Source: Candidatus Nomurabacteria bacterium
GTDB lineage: Bacteria > Patescibacteriota > Patescibacteriia > UBA1558 > GWA2-36-10
Direction: 5' to 3'
DNA: 64,000 bases
Assembly: GCA_020632415.1 (NCBI GenBank)
Contig: JACKFO010000002.1
Location: 322,732-386,731 of the forward strand
Each line of letters starts with the position of its first letter. Position 1 is the first letter of the stretch. Position numbers and translations under genes: made by a program. Below the pieces are notes generated by a model that was given only the letters and a program-made list of their open reading frames with translations, ran no database searches and was not told where the DNA came from. This document shows, one piece after another, positions 21,722-31,338 of the stretch.

Positions 21722-23395
21722 TTAAAAAATAATTAAAAACCCTAACAACAATAGTAATAAAACCGCTGAACCAATTACTTTGTAATTTTGCTTTTTAATG
21801 TGTACAAAGATATTTAAAATCAAAGCAATACTTAATAACAAACCAAAAATCTTATAATAAATCAAAGAAATATTAAACAAAGTTTTTGTACCATCAAGTT
21901 GATTATGTCGCAAAAAGAAATATTGATTCAACAAAGAAGTCTTAACTGGCTTGATTTGATCAAAAGAAAGATCAACTGTATTTTGATTACCAGCAAAATC
22001 AATAATTTGCAAACTTGGTAAAATGATTGGATTAAAAAATTTTTCTGCTTGTTCTTTTGAAAAAGTTGTATAAGCTAGCCAATGTCCAGGATCATTTTGT
22101 TCTAAATCAACAAATACCCCACCGATATTAACCATTGCTGTTTCTACGTCTTCACTCAAATAAGCATCAATTTTAACAATTGCTTCATTTTTTCCTTCTG
22201 GTTGATCAATGATAATTTTTGTCTTTTCCAAATCAACGCTAGGCGCTGTCAAATCTACCTGATAATAATATTTTTCGGAACTAATTTGCTCTTGATCTTT
22301 GAAGGCAAGTAAATAAATCTCGTGCTCGCCTTCAGTTAAAGTAAGTGGCAAAATAAAATTATTCAAATTCTCCGCTTTGTTTTTATCGAGTAAAACTTGA
22401 CCATTGTCATAAACAATTATTTTATTTGAAGCTACGGATTCAATTTCTAAATCAATTTGGCTAAAGTTTGCCAAAAATCCAGTTTCCGGAGAGATGATTT
22501 TTGCTGGCAACAAAGGCTGGTTCAATTCTTGCTCAGCCAAAACCTGTGAATCAGAGATGATTTCTAAATCAGGAATATTTTCTTCTACTACAAAATCAAA
22601 GTTTTCTTCTGGCAAATCTAAAACTTCCGGTTGATTTTCTGCTTCGATAATCTGTGAATTGTTTAAATCATTTGTCTTGATTTCTGGAACAATACTTTCT
22701 GGAACTTTTACTTCAGTCACCTCCTTGATTTCTTCTGTTGTTTCTGTAATCGGCTGAACAACAACTCTTGGTTTGGCAAAAAACTGCGCTGCCAAAGTTG
22801 TGTCTCCACCATTATAAAGTCCATTAGCCATACTGACGCCAATTTCTGAATATAAAGGATCGATCAAGTTAGCATAGTGAGTAGGACTATTTTGCCAAGC
22901 TGCTACTACATCTTCGGCACTAGCAAAACCCATGGCCAGATTTTCACCAGCAACATGATAAGTGTAACCCAGTGCTCTTAGCCAAGAAGAGACTCGCTTG
23001 CCATCAGGACCAACATGCGCAAAATACTGCTCCAAAAGCATATCTTCCACTTTATTGTAAGCTGCTTGATCCAAAATCGCACTTTCGGTCAAGGGATTTA
23101 AATTTAAATTTACTCGAACTTGATTGGTCAAAGTGATGATTTTTTTACTTTCACCAGTCAAAACATCTGGAGTCAACCAAGCGGTAATTGGCAATAAAAC
23201 TACAAAAATAGCCACAATTACCTTCATGGCCACTGCTGAACTGGCATAAAAAAATAAACGACGATACTGCAAAGAATGAGGATGATAATCATTCTCAATG
23301 CTTGGAATAAAAAAATCCTTGACTTTAGTCCGCCAAGACTTATTTCCCTCTTTAAATTGTGGACCTAAATCTTCAAACATAAGTTTATGTTTCAT
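21722..23395 (-). CDS. membrane-anchored CAP (SCP/PR-1/YkwD-like) domain protein
   Basis: N-terminal TM. CAP core HVGPDGKRV...HVAGENLAMGF...AAWQNSPTHYANLIDPLYSEIGVSM. C-terminal TM anchor. Confidence 0.65.
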   Translation of the reverse strand: MKHKLMFEDLGPQFKEGNKSWRTKVKDFFIPSIENDYHPHSLQYRRLFFYASSAVAMKVIVAIFVVLLPITAWLTPDVLTGESKKIITLTNQVRVNLNLNPLTESAILDQAAYNKVEDMLLEQYFAHVGPDGKRVSSWLRALGYTYHVAGENLAMGFASAEDVVAAWQNSPTHYANLIDPLYSEIGVSMANGLYNGGDTTLAAQFFAKPRVVVQPITETTEEIKEVTEVKVPESIVPEIKTNDLNNSQIIEAENQPEVLDLPEENFDFVVEENIPDLEIISDSQVLAEQELNQPLLPAKIISPETGFLANFSQIDLEIESVASNKIIVYDNGQVLLDKNKAENLNNFILPLTLTEGEHEIYLLAFKDQEQISSEKYYYQVDLTAPSVDLEKTKIIIDQPEGKNEAIVKIDAYLSEDVETAMVNIGGVFVDLEQNDPGHWLAYTTFSKEQAEKFFNPIILPSLQIIDFAGNQNTVDLSFDQIKPVKTSLLNQYFFLRHNQLDGTKTLFNISLIYYKIFGLLLSIALILNIFVHIKKQNYKVIGSAVLLLLLLGFLIIF

Positions 23396-23464
23396 ATTAA
23401 AATAACATATAAACTAAGAAAAGTCAACTCTAGATAGCTTACAAGCTTATTGTAAATAATTTTA

Positions 23465-23508
23465 AATAAAAAAGAAAGCGGTGATCACGTTAGACGCGAC
23501 CACCGCTT
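23465..23508 (-). terminator. intrinsic terminator of the GC-rich beta-barrel-like gene
   Basis: Stem AAGCGGTG/CACCGCTT (17-nt loop) followed on the minus strand by UUCUUUUUUAUUU. Confidence 0.55.
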
Positions 23509-23529
23509 GAGAACATCGAAACCAGAAGA

Positions 23530-24513
23530 TCAGGGACGCCAGTAGTAGCGCACAGCCGCGACTGCCTGCTCGAGACGACTGTCGTAGCCGACCTGGAAGC
23601 TCAAAGAGCCGATCAGCTCCCCAGAATTCTTCCAGCCAAGAAAAGCCTGCCAGGCTTCAGCTTGCTCACCGAAGTCAAATCCTGAGGTCAAGAAGAACTT
23701 CTGCTTTGCTCCCAGACGGAGAAAATCCCAGTTTCCCTTCAAGACGTAGAGATTGTCCGGAGCGATCCATCCGTCCGGATGGAAGCGATAGCTCCAGCCA
23801 CCGGCCAAAGCCAAAGACTGCCAGGGTCGAGTGTAGAGCGAGACGTTATGACCAATCTCTTCTTCCCAGCTCAAGTGAAGATCGAAAATGCTCCAGTAGC
23901 CATTGAGGTGGTAGTTGCCGACCCAAACATCACTATCCAGCATCGGAAAAGCGCTGAACAAACTATCCAGACCTCGTGCTGGCCATGTACGACGAGCGCC
24001 ATAGCCCAAAGCAGCAGAAGCGCCAAAAGGTCGACCTCCCAACTGATCATACCAAGCGACTTGCAAGGCTGCTCCTGAGATACTCCCGGTAAAAGGCAGC
24101 TCAGCGTCATTTGGTCGCAAGAGAGTTGCTTCGTAGGCCTGAGGAAAGCTTTCCAAAGCCAGGTTTCGATACTGTCCAGCGCGCAGACTGAAATTCCCAT
24201 TGGAATTTCGCCAATCGTGCTGAACAAAGGCCTCGCTCAAGAAAGCCTCAGCCTGATCACCGTAAGCAATCTGACCTTCAGCCTTGAACGAAAAAACCTT
24301 GTTTTGACCACTTGAAACCCAAGCTTGTCCTCCTAGAAGGCTGTATGACCAGCGGGCTTGCAAGCTATCTTCGAAGCTGGTATTCAAACCAGCGCCTCCA
24401 TAGAAGTCCAGCTGGAAACGTTCCACCTGATCATCACTGGAAGCAGCAGCAAAAGCTGTGGACTGGGTCCAGAGGATCAACAGACCCAACAGCCAAAAAC
24501 TCAAAGTTTTCAT
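23530..24513 (-). CDS. secreted beta-barrel-like protein (ORFan, GC-rich cassette A)
   Basis: GC about 58%. GGAGG 8 nt upstream. Signal peptide (AFA|AA). Alternating aromatic/Gly-rich amphipathic strands along the protein. No recognisable family. Confidence 0.5.
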   Translation of the reverse strand: MKTLSFWLLGLLILWTQSTAFAAASSDDQVERFQLDFYGGAGLNTSFEDSLQARWSYSLLGGQAWVSSGQNKVFSFKAEGQIAYGDQAEAFLSEAFVQHDWRNSNGNFSLRAGQYRNLALESFPQAYEATLLRPNDAELPFTGSISGAALQVAWYDQLGGRPFGASAALGYGARRTWPARGLDSLFSAFPMLDSDVWVGNYHLNGYWSIFDLHLSWEEEIGHNVSLYTRPWQSLALAGGWSYRFHPDGWIAPDNLYVLKGNWDFLRLGAKQKFFLTSGFDFGEQAEAWQAFLGWKNSGELIGSLSFQVGYDSRLEQAVAAVRYYWRP

Positions 24514-24584
24514 CGCCTTTTCCTCCGCGTTGCTTGATTTTGTTGTTATTTTCTGATTTCGTTTGTGTCAAAGATCGGGAGAAC

Positions 24585-24606
24585 TTCATGTTTAAAAAAA
24601 CATGAA
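24585..24606. promoter_or_regulatory. palindrome TTCATGTTT-aaaa-AAACATGAA in the divergent cassette-A intergenic region
   Basis: Perfect 9-bp arms. Lies in the 5' leader of the minus-strand gene between two divergent promoters. Confidence 0.4.
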
Positions 24607-24679
24607 ATATCCAACTGTAAACCATACACCAAAATCTATTATTTGTCAAGTCTAGCTTATTTTAGCCCAAAAATAACTC

Positions 24680-24708
24680 TTGACAAATATTTTAAAATAG
24701 TATATAAT
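24680..24708 (+). promoter_or_regulatory. consensus sigma70 promoter TTGACA-17-TATAAT
   Basis: -35 at 24680-24685, -10 at 24703-24708. RBS GGAGG at 24744-24748 then ATG at 24754. Confidence 0.6.
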
Positions 24709-24753
24709 ACTTTGTTACGTACACTGACAACCAAAACCACACGGAGGAACACC

Positions 24754-25500
24754 ATGAACCGCATTCACAGCTTCTGCCTGCTGATGCTCCTGTGCATCAG
24801 CGCCGCCTTCGCCGACGCCTACGAAGAACCCATCAAGAACACCAACCCCGACACCACGGCCACCACGGCGTCCTGGGAAGCGAACACGCTTCCGATGGAA
24901 CCCTGGCTGATCAAGTGGGACGCCAACGGCCAGCCGGTCAAGACGCATCGTCTGAGCTTCGAAATTTCCGGCAGCGACACCCTGTACTACAAGGGTGACT
25001 GCCTGATCGAAGATCAGCGCGTCCGCTGGTATCCGAAGTCCCTGCAGGACAACCGGATGCACTCGGCCTACTGGACCGCTCGTCGCAGCATGTACGCGGC
25101 ACTGCTCGTCGCCGGCTACCAAGCGCGCGAAGCCGACTCGCTCTGCCGCACGCTACAACCCGTGATCGATGGCCAGAAGGACAGTCGTCCCCTGCTCAAC
25201 CAGATCATGGCCGCCGCCCCGAACATCCACAAGCTGAACATGCTGGAACATGAGCTCCTGGCAATGCAACAGCAGATGGTCACCGTCGACATGCTCAACG
25301 AGTTCGCCGGAGACATCGACGCCGCCCTGTCCGAACACGTCAACTTCGCCGAAACGGTGGATGACTTCCTCAATCAGACACGAGGAAAGAAGTGGGGACG
25401 CGCCAAACGTGCTCACTCCCTCTTCCTGACATCGGCGCCGCCGAGCGAGGAACGATGCCTTCCGTCAACGGAAGAGATGCCCATGCCGAGCAAGTTCTGA
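24754..25500 (+). CDS. secreted protein (ORFan, GC-rich cassette A)
   Basis: GC about 60% with E. coli-like codons (CTG, GGC, CGC, ATC). Signal peptide MNRIHSFCLLMLLCISAAFA. Start trimmed from the track ORF 24565 to the SD-preceded ATG. Confidence 0.5.
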   Translation: MNRIHSFCLLMLLCISAAFADAYEEPIKNTNPDTTATTASWEANTLPMEPWLIKWDANGQPVKTHRLSFEISGSDTLYYKGDCLIEDQRVRWYPKSLQDNRMHSAYWTARRSMYAALLVAGYQAREADSLCRTLQPVIDGQKDSRPLLNQIMAAAPNIHKLNMLEHELLAMQQQMVTVDMLNEFAGDIDAALSEHVNFAETVDDFLNQTRGKKWGRAKRAHSLFLTSAPPSEERCLPSTEEMPMPSKF

Positions 25501-25528
25501 CCTCCTCCGTGAAGCGCAATTTCAGCGC

Positions 25529-25576
25529 AAGCCCGCCCCAAACTACAGCAGTAGCAAAGGCGGGCTTTTTCTTTGA
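25529..25576 (+). terminator. intrinsic terminator of the cassette-A plus-strand gene
   Basis: AAGCCCGCC...GGCGGGCTT followed by TTTTTCTTT. Confidence 0.5.
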
Positions 25577-25609
25577 TTAAAAAACACCTCGCAGCTTAGC
25601 TGCGAGGTG
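25577..25609 (-). terminator. intrinsic terminator of the 1699-aa gene
   Basis: CACCTCGCAGC-tta-GCTGCGAGGTG followed by UUUUUU on the minus strand. Confidence 0.65.
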
Positions 25610-25622
25610 AAATTTTATTTAT

Positions 25623-28600
25623 TTATTTTTTATACAAATTGTCTAAATCTACTTGATTACGAACTTCAATTGTTGGATCACCCAAAGGATCTAATCTAAA
25701 TAATTTACCGGCTTCTTTAACAAAGGTATTTCCTTCAGTATCAGTAAAAGTAGCGCCATCATTCATTTGTGATAATTGATCAAAACCACGGTGTACTTCA
25801 CCAGCTATTTCTGTGCTTGTCTGAGCTGCCTCAGCAACATTCTCGCTAACTGGAACTTGTTCAGGTATCGCCTCAGCTGACACTGGCTCTACCGGCTCTT
25901 CAATTGGCGTCTCAAAACTTTCTGGTTCCATAGCCCCAGCTGTCTCCCTAGCTTTCCTAGCTTGATCCAGACTTTCACTTAAACCAGACGCTTTTGGTTC
26001 TGGAATATTATCTGCTACTGGCGGCAAATTTTCAGACGCAGCTTTTGCCGCTGTTTTTACTGGCTCTGATAAAACTGAATTATCCAACCAAGATTCTAAA
26101 ACTTTTTCTTTCAAAGTCCAAGTATTGCCACTCAAGTCGTCTAACATATATTCTTCTTGACCAAATAAATGTTTTTTTACTAAATGCACAAAAGCATAAA
26201 ATTGACGACCATTTTCATCTTTGACTAAACGCGCCTCCCAAGCTTTACCAGGCAAAGAATCGCTAGTAGCTACTTTATCAAAAGCGGAAGTGTATCTTTC
26301 TACTGTTTCCAAATCATTTAGATCAGAAATCTTTACATTTGGCGCTTGTTCTACATATTTCAAAAATATCGCTGCTTTATTACTATCTGGTGTAAAAGAA
26401 TTTGGATAATAATCCTCCAAAAATTGCCTTTGTACCTCTGGAGAACTTTCAAAAACATGATTAACTAAAGCGTCAATTTCTTGTGGATTATTTTCTACTG
26501 CTCTTAAGAGCTCTTCTGAATAAGGAGTCTTACCAGCTAAAAATCCATCCAAATTAGCGGTAGCTACTTCTGCTGAGCCTGTTGTTTCTGGAACAAAATT
26601 ATGTCCACTATGATCTACCATTTTACTCAAATCATCTACTGTAACATCATGATTGTCTGCAAGACGATAAATTGTTTGACCATTGATTTCTACCTGCTCA
26701 ACTGGCTGATGATCAAAAGACCAATTATGCACTTCTCCATCATGAGACAACCAATCCGTACCATGTGCTCTAACTTCAGCAGCGATTTGGTCAACGCTTT
26801 CCGTACTGATTCTCACTCCATGTTTTGCTGCCTCGGCAATTGCTTCATTATTGGCAACAATATTTTGCATTTGCTCAGCAGTCAAAGCGCCTGATTTTTG
26901 CGCAGCTTCACTAATGTTTTCTGGATTAAATAAATTACCAAAATTTAACTTCGTGCCAAGCTTTAGCTGATCAACATCACCGTCAATACCAAAAGCTTTT
27001 GGATCAGCGACAATTTTATCTTTAAAATAATCAATAAAATAAGTACGCTGAGCTTCATTTAGATTGTTCCAATTTGGCACTCTAGCTCTTAACTGATCTT
27101 CTGTTAGATTCCAAACATTATCTCCTTTACTAACTACGGCTTCAACACTAATTCCTCCTTGATCTGGGATATTCTCTGCCACACCATGTGGTACTGGAGC
27201 GTCTGATTCTAAAGTTGGTCTTAAATAAGCTGTTTCTGGAGCGCCAGGATCAGCAACTTCCTGAGCGTGCTCTGCTGCGCCTTGCACCTGATCTGCGCCA
27301 TCAGCGTGACTTAATTTATCCAAAACTCTTGAACCAGCTATTGCTCCAACTGTCAAACCTAAAACCGCTGAGACGCCATATCGTCTCATAGCCTTCATAC
27401 GTGATTTATCTTGTGCGCTAGATAAAGTCTCTACCGTCTTCTGTTCTGTTTTTAAAGTCTCGCTGACAATATCAATTTTAACAGAATTAATTCTTTCATT
27501 ACCATTAACTATAGGCTCTCCTATAATTTCATCGAGAGCGATTTTATCTTGGAATTCCGACTTTAATCTTCGAAAATACTCTTCTTGAATCAAGTTCACA
27601 AAAGCTGCTTGCTCATCACCAAAACGACCAGCCTCAGCTAAACCAACTCTTTTATCTAAACTCAAAATTCTTAATCGCGCTAATTCTTTAGCTAATTCCT
27701 CTGTTGGATATTGCTCTTGATTTCCTAACACCTCTCTCCATTCAACGATATCTTCGTCTGTAATTTTTCCTGCTTCTGATTTTTTGCTTTTGAATCCAAG
27801 ATTTTTCATCTTGTCAATCAAACCTTTTTGTCCGCCCCATTCACTTCTTTTATCAATTGTTGCTTCAGCAAACATAAAAGTGCCCGTAGAAGACATCACG
27901 CCACGTGCTGTCAAAATACCAGCAACAACTCCAGTTGTACCACCGCTAAACAACAAACTAGCGCCAAACAAACCAACACCTAAACCTAATCTAATTTTTC
28001 CGGTTTTACGCCAAAATTCTTTAAATTTTCCAATAAAATTTTTATCCAAACCACTGGCTTCAGCGTCAATCGCCACTTCTTCGGCTTGTAACAAAGAAAT
28101 GTATTCGCTGGCCAATATGTTTTTAAGCTGTTCTATCGTAATCTTACCCTCAGTAAAATCTTGTAATAATTCTCCTTTTTTATTTTCCAAACTATCATGA
28201 ACATGCTTGTCTTTGGCCTCTTGGTAAGCTTGAGCTATTTTTTCAAATTTGCTTTTACCTCCACGAACAACCTGGCCTCTTTTATATAAAGCTTTTACAA
28301 AGGCTGAACGCAACTCATCTAAATTACCAGGAACAACATCTTCATAAGACTCATTTTCAATCTCCTCTGAAATTCCTCCGTCAATCACCTCCTCAACGCC
28401 TTCTTCAGTGCGATGGCTTTCTTCTGAATCTTCTTCAGTGGCGCCTTCTGCTGCTTTTTCAATTTCTTGACTAAAACGAGCAATAATATCATCCAACTTA
28501 TCTTCTAATTCCTCTCTTGGCAAACTTCTGTCTAAACTACTGATTTCATCAAGAAACTTAGCTTGAATTTCTGGATGTTTTTGACCGTCTTCATAATGAT

Positions 28601-30722
28601 TAATATATTCTTCATAGTCTTCAAATAATTTAACCATTTCATCATTTACCGGCTGTTTTTCTTGATCATTATCTCGTAATAATTCTAATTTCTGATCCAA
28701 AGCCTGATTAATCTCTCCAATTCTTTGATTTAGTTCTGCGATAGTTAAATTTTGATCAAGGGCTTTTATTTCGGCAATTTTAGCCGCAACTAAACCCGCT
28801 GCTTGTTCAGCTTTATTTCCATAATCATCAGCTCTCAATTCAGCAAATGTCTGATCTAATTCTTTAGCTGCTTTAGTAATTAATTTGGTTTGTTCATTAT
28901 TAGATTCAACTTGAGTTTCTACTTGTTCGGCTCCCTCTGCCACTTGACCATCTGCAGAATCCGATGCCGCTGTAGTGGCAGCTTCTCTATTTCTGTGATC
29001 TAAAGCTTCCTGAATAGTATAAACTTTTTCATTTGTTGTATTTGTATCCATTCCACGATCATTAAAAACAAAATCTGGATATGCAGTGGCAATCTTTTGT
29101 TCTAATTCGCTTAACTCTTCTCCCTCGATAATTTTGATCATTACTCTTCTAACCGCATTAATTAGTTCAACTTGAATCACATAATCTGACATGCTTTCGA
29201 TCGGATCACCAAACTTCCAACCACCCGGATTAGTTAATTGATCATTGACAATTTTAGCAAATAATCTTTCATCATAAGCAAATCTCATGCGATCATAAAC
29301 CCCTGCGGTTGGTACCGAATCTGGAGCTTCTTCTTCCGCTGCTTCAGGAGCATCATCGATATTTGAATCTACTTCTTTAGGTTCTAATTTAGCAACTAAA
29401 TCTGGAGACAAAAGCTTCCAAATAACAAATGGCTCTTGGCCTTCAATTTTGACTTCAAATTTTACTTTTTTCCAACCCTTATATGCGTCTTTGATTTCTG
29501 CTGAAGTGATCAAAGCTGCTGGGCGTACTTCATTGCGCAAACCCAACTGTAACTCTCCAGAAAGCTCGGTTAATTCATTACCCATTAATTGATTTACAGC
29601 GTCTACTATACCATCAAGATGCTCTTTGGCATCAAACTCAACCTGACCATCACCCATGATCATCAAATCGACTACTTTTGCTGCAAAGTCTTTTGGCATT
29701 AAAAAACTTTCCATCCCAGGTAGACCCTTAACAAAAGCTGAATCTACTTTAACTAATTCGTCAGTACCAAATTCTTCCATCGCACCTTCTTTTTCTGGAT
29801 CAAAATTTTCTATGCCTTGAAATTTAAACTCTGTTGGTATATTTATAATCACCTCCATCATTGCTCCGCTGCGCTCACCCAAACCTCTTTCAAATTCTTC
29901 AAGAGAAAAATCTAGCCTCCTTAAATCCTCTGGAACTTCGACAACAGGACTAACAGGCTTTTGACCAACGATTTTTGATGCTTCTTGATCAACAGGATTA
30001 GTACCAGTAACAGCACTATCTGGACGCAAGGCTGCTAAAAACTTCGGAAATTTATCAACCACATCTTCTATTTCTGCTGCTTTCAATCTTTTTAAACCAG
30101 ACAAATTACTTGCTAGCTTATCTTGTGCTTTTTTAAGAATTTCCTCATCAACACCCGAAGCTCTAAATTTTCTAAAATCACCACGCAAAATAGGCTCTGC
30201 TGCTTTTTCAATCGCAGCAAGAAATTCACGGCCGATATTTTGCATTTTTTCTTCAACGGCAGCTGAATCATCAAAAAAATGAGGATCATTAATTTGCTTC
30301 AATAAATCCTCTCTCTTGCTTTCAGCTAATAAATTGCTGTCTTTAATAGCCCTTTCTAATCTATCAAGCTCCTCTGCTAAGCGCTCCTGATCTGCATCAA
30401 AATCAGCTTCTTTTCCAAATACAGCATGTGCTAAATTATCAACTAATTCTTTAGTGGATTTGCCCGCTTGCTCTGCTTCAAGCCGCAAGCTAGGATCTTT
30501 AACTTCTGCTTTAAACTCATCAACATTTTGATCAACTTTTTGCTCAGTTTCTTGCGCAACTTGCAAAACTTGATCTGGTCGAGCTTCTGTCTCTGCTCCT
30601 GCTGTTAAATTTTCTTGACGATCTTGAGCTAAAAGCGCATCAATTCTTTCTGGATCAATTGCGCCAGGAATATTCTCTCCATTCCTTTTTTCTCTTAAAT
30701 GCCTGGATTGTTTATCACCCAT
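25623..30722 (-). CDS. giant (1699 aa) acidic coiled-coil protein with a central TM hairpin
   Basis: Single uninterrupted ORF. Long Glu/Lys-rich heptad-like stretches. Two hydrophobic helices near residue 900-950 (GLGVGLFGASLLFSGGTTGVVAGILTARGV). Polar C-terminal domain. Confidence 0.7.
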   Translation of the reverse strand: MGDKQSRHLREKRNGENIPGAIDPERIDALLAQDRQENLTAGAETEARPDQVLQVAQETEQKVDQNVDEFKAEVKDPSLRLEAEQAGKSTKELVDNLAHAVFGKEADFDADQERLAEELDRLERAIKDSNLLAESKREDLLKQINDPHFFDDSAAVEEKMQNIGREFLAAIEKAAEPILRGDFRKFRASGVDEEILKKAQDKLASNLSGLKRLKAAEIEDVVDKFPKFLAALRPDSAVTGTNPVDQEASKIVGQKPVSPVVEVPEDLRRLDFSLEEFERGLGERSGAMMEVIINIPTEFKFQGIENFDPEKEGAMEEFGTDELVKVDSAFVKGLPGMESFLMPKDFAAKVVDLMIMGDGQVEFDAKEHLDGIVDAVNQLMGNELTELSGELQLGLRNEVRPAALITSAEIKDAYKGWKKVKFEVKIEGQEPFVIWKLLSPDLVAKLEPKEVDSNIDDAPEAAEEEAPDSVPTAGVYDRMRFAYDERLFAKIVNDQLTNPGGWKFGDPIESMSDYVIQVELINAVRRVMIKIIEGEELSELEQKIATAYPDFVFNDRGMDTNTTNEKVYTIQEALDHRNREAATTAASDSADGQVAEGAEQVETQVESNNEQTKLITKAAKELDQTFAELRADDYGNKAEQAAGLVAAKIAEIKALDQNLTIAELNQRIGEINQALDQKLELLRDNDQEKQPVNDEMVKLFEDYEEYINHYEDGQKHPEIQAKFLDEISSLDRSLPREELEDKLDDIIARFSQEIEKAAEGATEEDSEESHRTEEGVEEVIDGGISEEIENESYEDVVPGNLDELRSAFVKALYKRGQVVRGGKSKFEKIAQAYQEAKDKHVHDSLENKKGELLQDFTEGKITIEQLKNILASEYISLLQAEEVAIDAEASGLDKNFIGKFKEFWRKTGKIRLGLGVGLFGASLLFSGGTTGVVAGILTARGVMSSTGTFMFAEATIDKRSEWGGQKGLIDKMKNLGFKSKKSEAGKITDEDIVEWREVLGNQEQYPTEELAKELARLRILSLDKRVGLAEAGRFGDEQAAFVNLIQEEYFRRLKSEFQDKIALDEIIGEPIVNGNERINSVKIDIVSETLKTEQKTVETLSSAQDKSRMKAMRRYGVSAVLGLTVGAIAGSRVLDKLSHADGADQVQGAAEHAQEVADPGAPETAYLRPTLESDAPVPHGVAENIPDQGGISVEAVVSKGDNVWNLTEDQLRARVPNWNNLNEAQRTYFIDYFKDKIVADPKAFGIDGDVDQLKLGTKLNFGNLFNPENISEAAQKSGALTAEQMQNIVANNEAIAEAAKHGVRISTESVDQIAAEVRAHGTDWLSHDGEVHNWSFDHQPVEQVEINGQTIYRLADNHDVTVDDLSKMVDHSGHNFVPETTGSAEVATANLDGFLAGKTPYSEELLRAVENNPQEIDALVNHVFESSPEVQRQFLEDYYPNSFTPDSNKAAIFLKYVEQAPNVKISDLNDLETVERYTSAFDKVATSDSLPGKAWEARLVKDENGRQFYAFVHLVKKHLFGQEEYMLDDLSGNTWTLKEKVLESWLDNSVLSEPVKTAAKAASENLPPVADNIPEPKASGLSESLDQARKARETAGAMEPESFETPIEEPVEPVSAEAIPEQVPVSENVAEAAQTSTEIAGEVHRGFDQLSQMNDGATFTDTEGNTFVKEAGKLFRLDPLGDPTIEVRNQVDLDNLYKK

Positions 30723-30723
30723 A

Positions 30724-30891
30724 TTATAATTGTTTATGAATTTTATCTAAAACCTTGTCTATTTCTTTTTGTTCAATAGACTTAATTTCCGCGCGAACCT
30801 TTTCGTTTGCGCGGTCTTTTAATTTATCTAATTCCTGCAAAAAATCTTGATAAATTTCTCTGATTTTTTTGATTTTTTCGTTGTTGGTCAT
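30724..30891 (-). CDS. small Lys/Glu-rich coiled-coil protein (55 aa), translationally coupled to the giant gene
   Basis: Own translation MTNNEKIKKIREIYQDFLQELDKLKDRANEKVRAEIKSIEQKEIDKVLDKIHKQL. Its TAA ends 1 nt before the ATG of the 1699-aa ORF. Below the ORF-track size cutoff. Confidence 0.35.
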   Translation of the reverse strand: MTNNEKIKKIREIYQDFLQELDKLKDRANEKVRAEIKSIEQKEIDKVLDKIHKQL

Positions 30892-30901
30892 AGCTTAAAA
30901 A

Positions 30902-31201
30902 CTAGGCATTAAAAACCTTGTCTTTCATGTTTAGCATTTCTTGCTTTAAATCATCAATGATTTGTTTGTGTAAGTCAGCAAAATTCGGCACTTTGCTTTT
31001 TATAAATTCATCAATGCCCTCGCCTTTTTCTAACACTTTGTCAAATTCAAGCTTATCTTCTTCAGACATTGCACCCAATAAAGCTCTGTTAAAACGACTT
31101 TCAATGACGTCAATGATTTGCTCACGCAAAGCTTGTTTTTTTTCTTCTGCTAAATCATTTAAGCCAAACTCTGTTAAAATATCAAATTGTTCTTCTGCCA
31201 T
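30902..31201 (-). CDS. hypothetical acidic helical protein (99 aa), first gene of the giant-protein operon
   Basis: Same strand and tight spacing with the two downstream genes. No known domain. Confidence 0.5.
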   Translation of the reverse strand: MAEEQFDILTEFGLNDLAEEKKQALREQIIDVIESRFNRALLGAMSEEDKLEFDKVLEKGEGIDEFIKSKVPNFADLHKQIIDDLKQEMLNMKDKVFNA

Positions 31202-31291
31202 AATTTTATTTGTTCCACTACTAGTGGCTAGTTAATTTTATTGACTTAATTATACAATAAATCAACAATTTAGCAAAATAAAAAGCCCACC

Positions 31292-31331
31292 ACTATTCCC
31301 GAAGGATTTCGTGGTGGGCTTGAGAAAACAA
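31292..31331 (-). terminator. intrinsic terminator of the cassette-F gene
   Basis: AAGCCCACCAC...GTGGTGGGCTT followed by UUUAUUUUG on the minus strand. Confidence 0.55.
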
Positions 31332-31338
31332 GACCGAA

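Noticed and set aside
23706-25580. Ten overlapping ORFs of 60-135 aa in several frames within cassette A (for example 23706-23906, 23779-24078, 23871-24227, 24312-24605, 24434-24649, 24715-25122, 24792-24998, 25116-25373, 25153-25416, 25392-25580)
   Set aside because: High GC removes stop codons in all frames. Only the two long frames with a signal peptide, SD and terminator are credible.
25994-28200. Several 60-140-aa plus-strand ORFs inside the 1699-aa gene
   Set aside because: They lie antisense within a long uninterrupted minus-strand ORF and have no start context.
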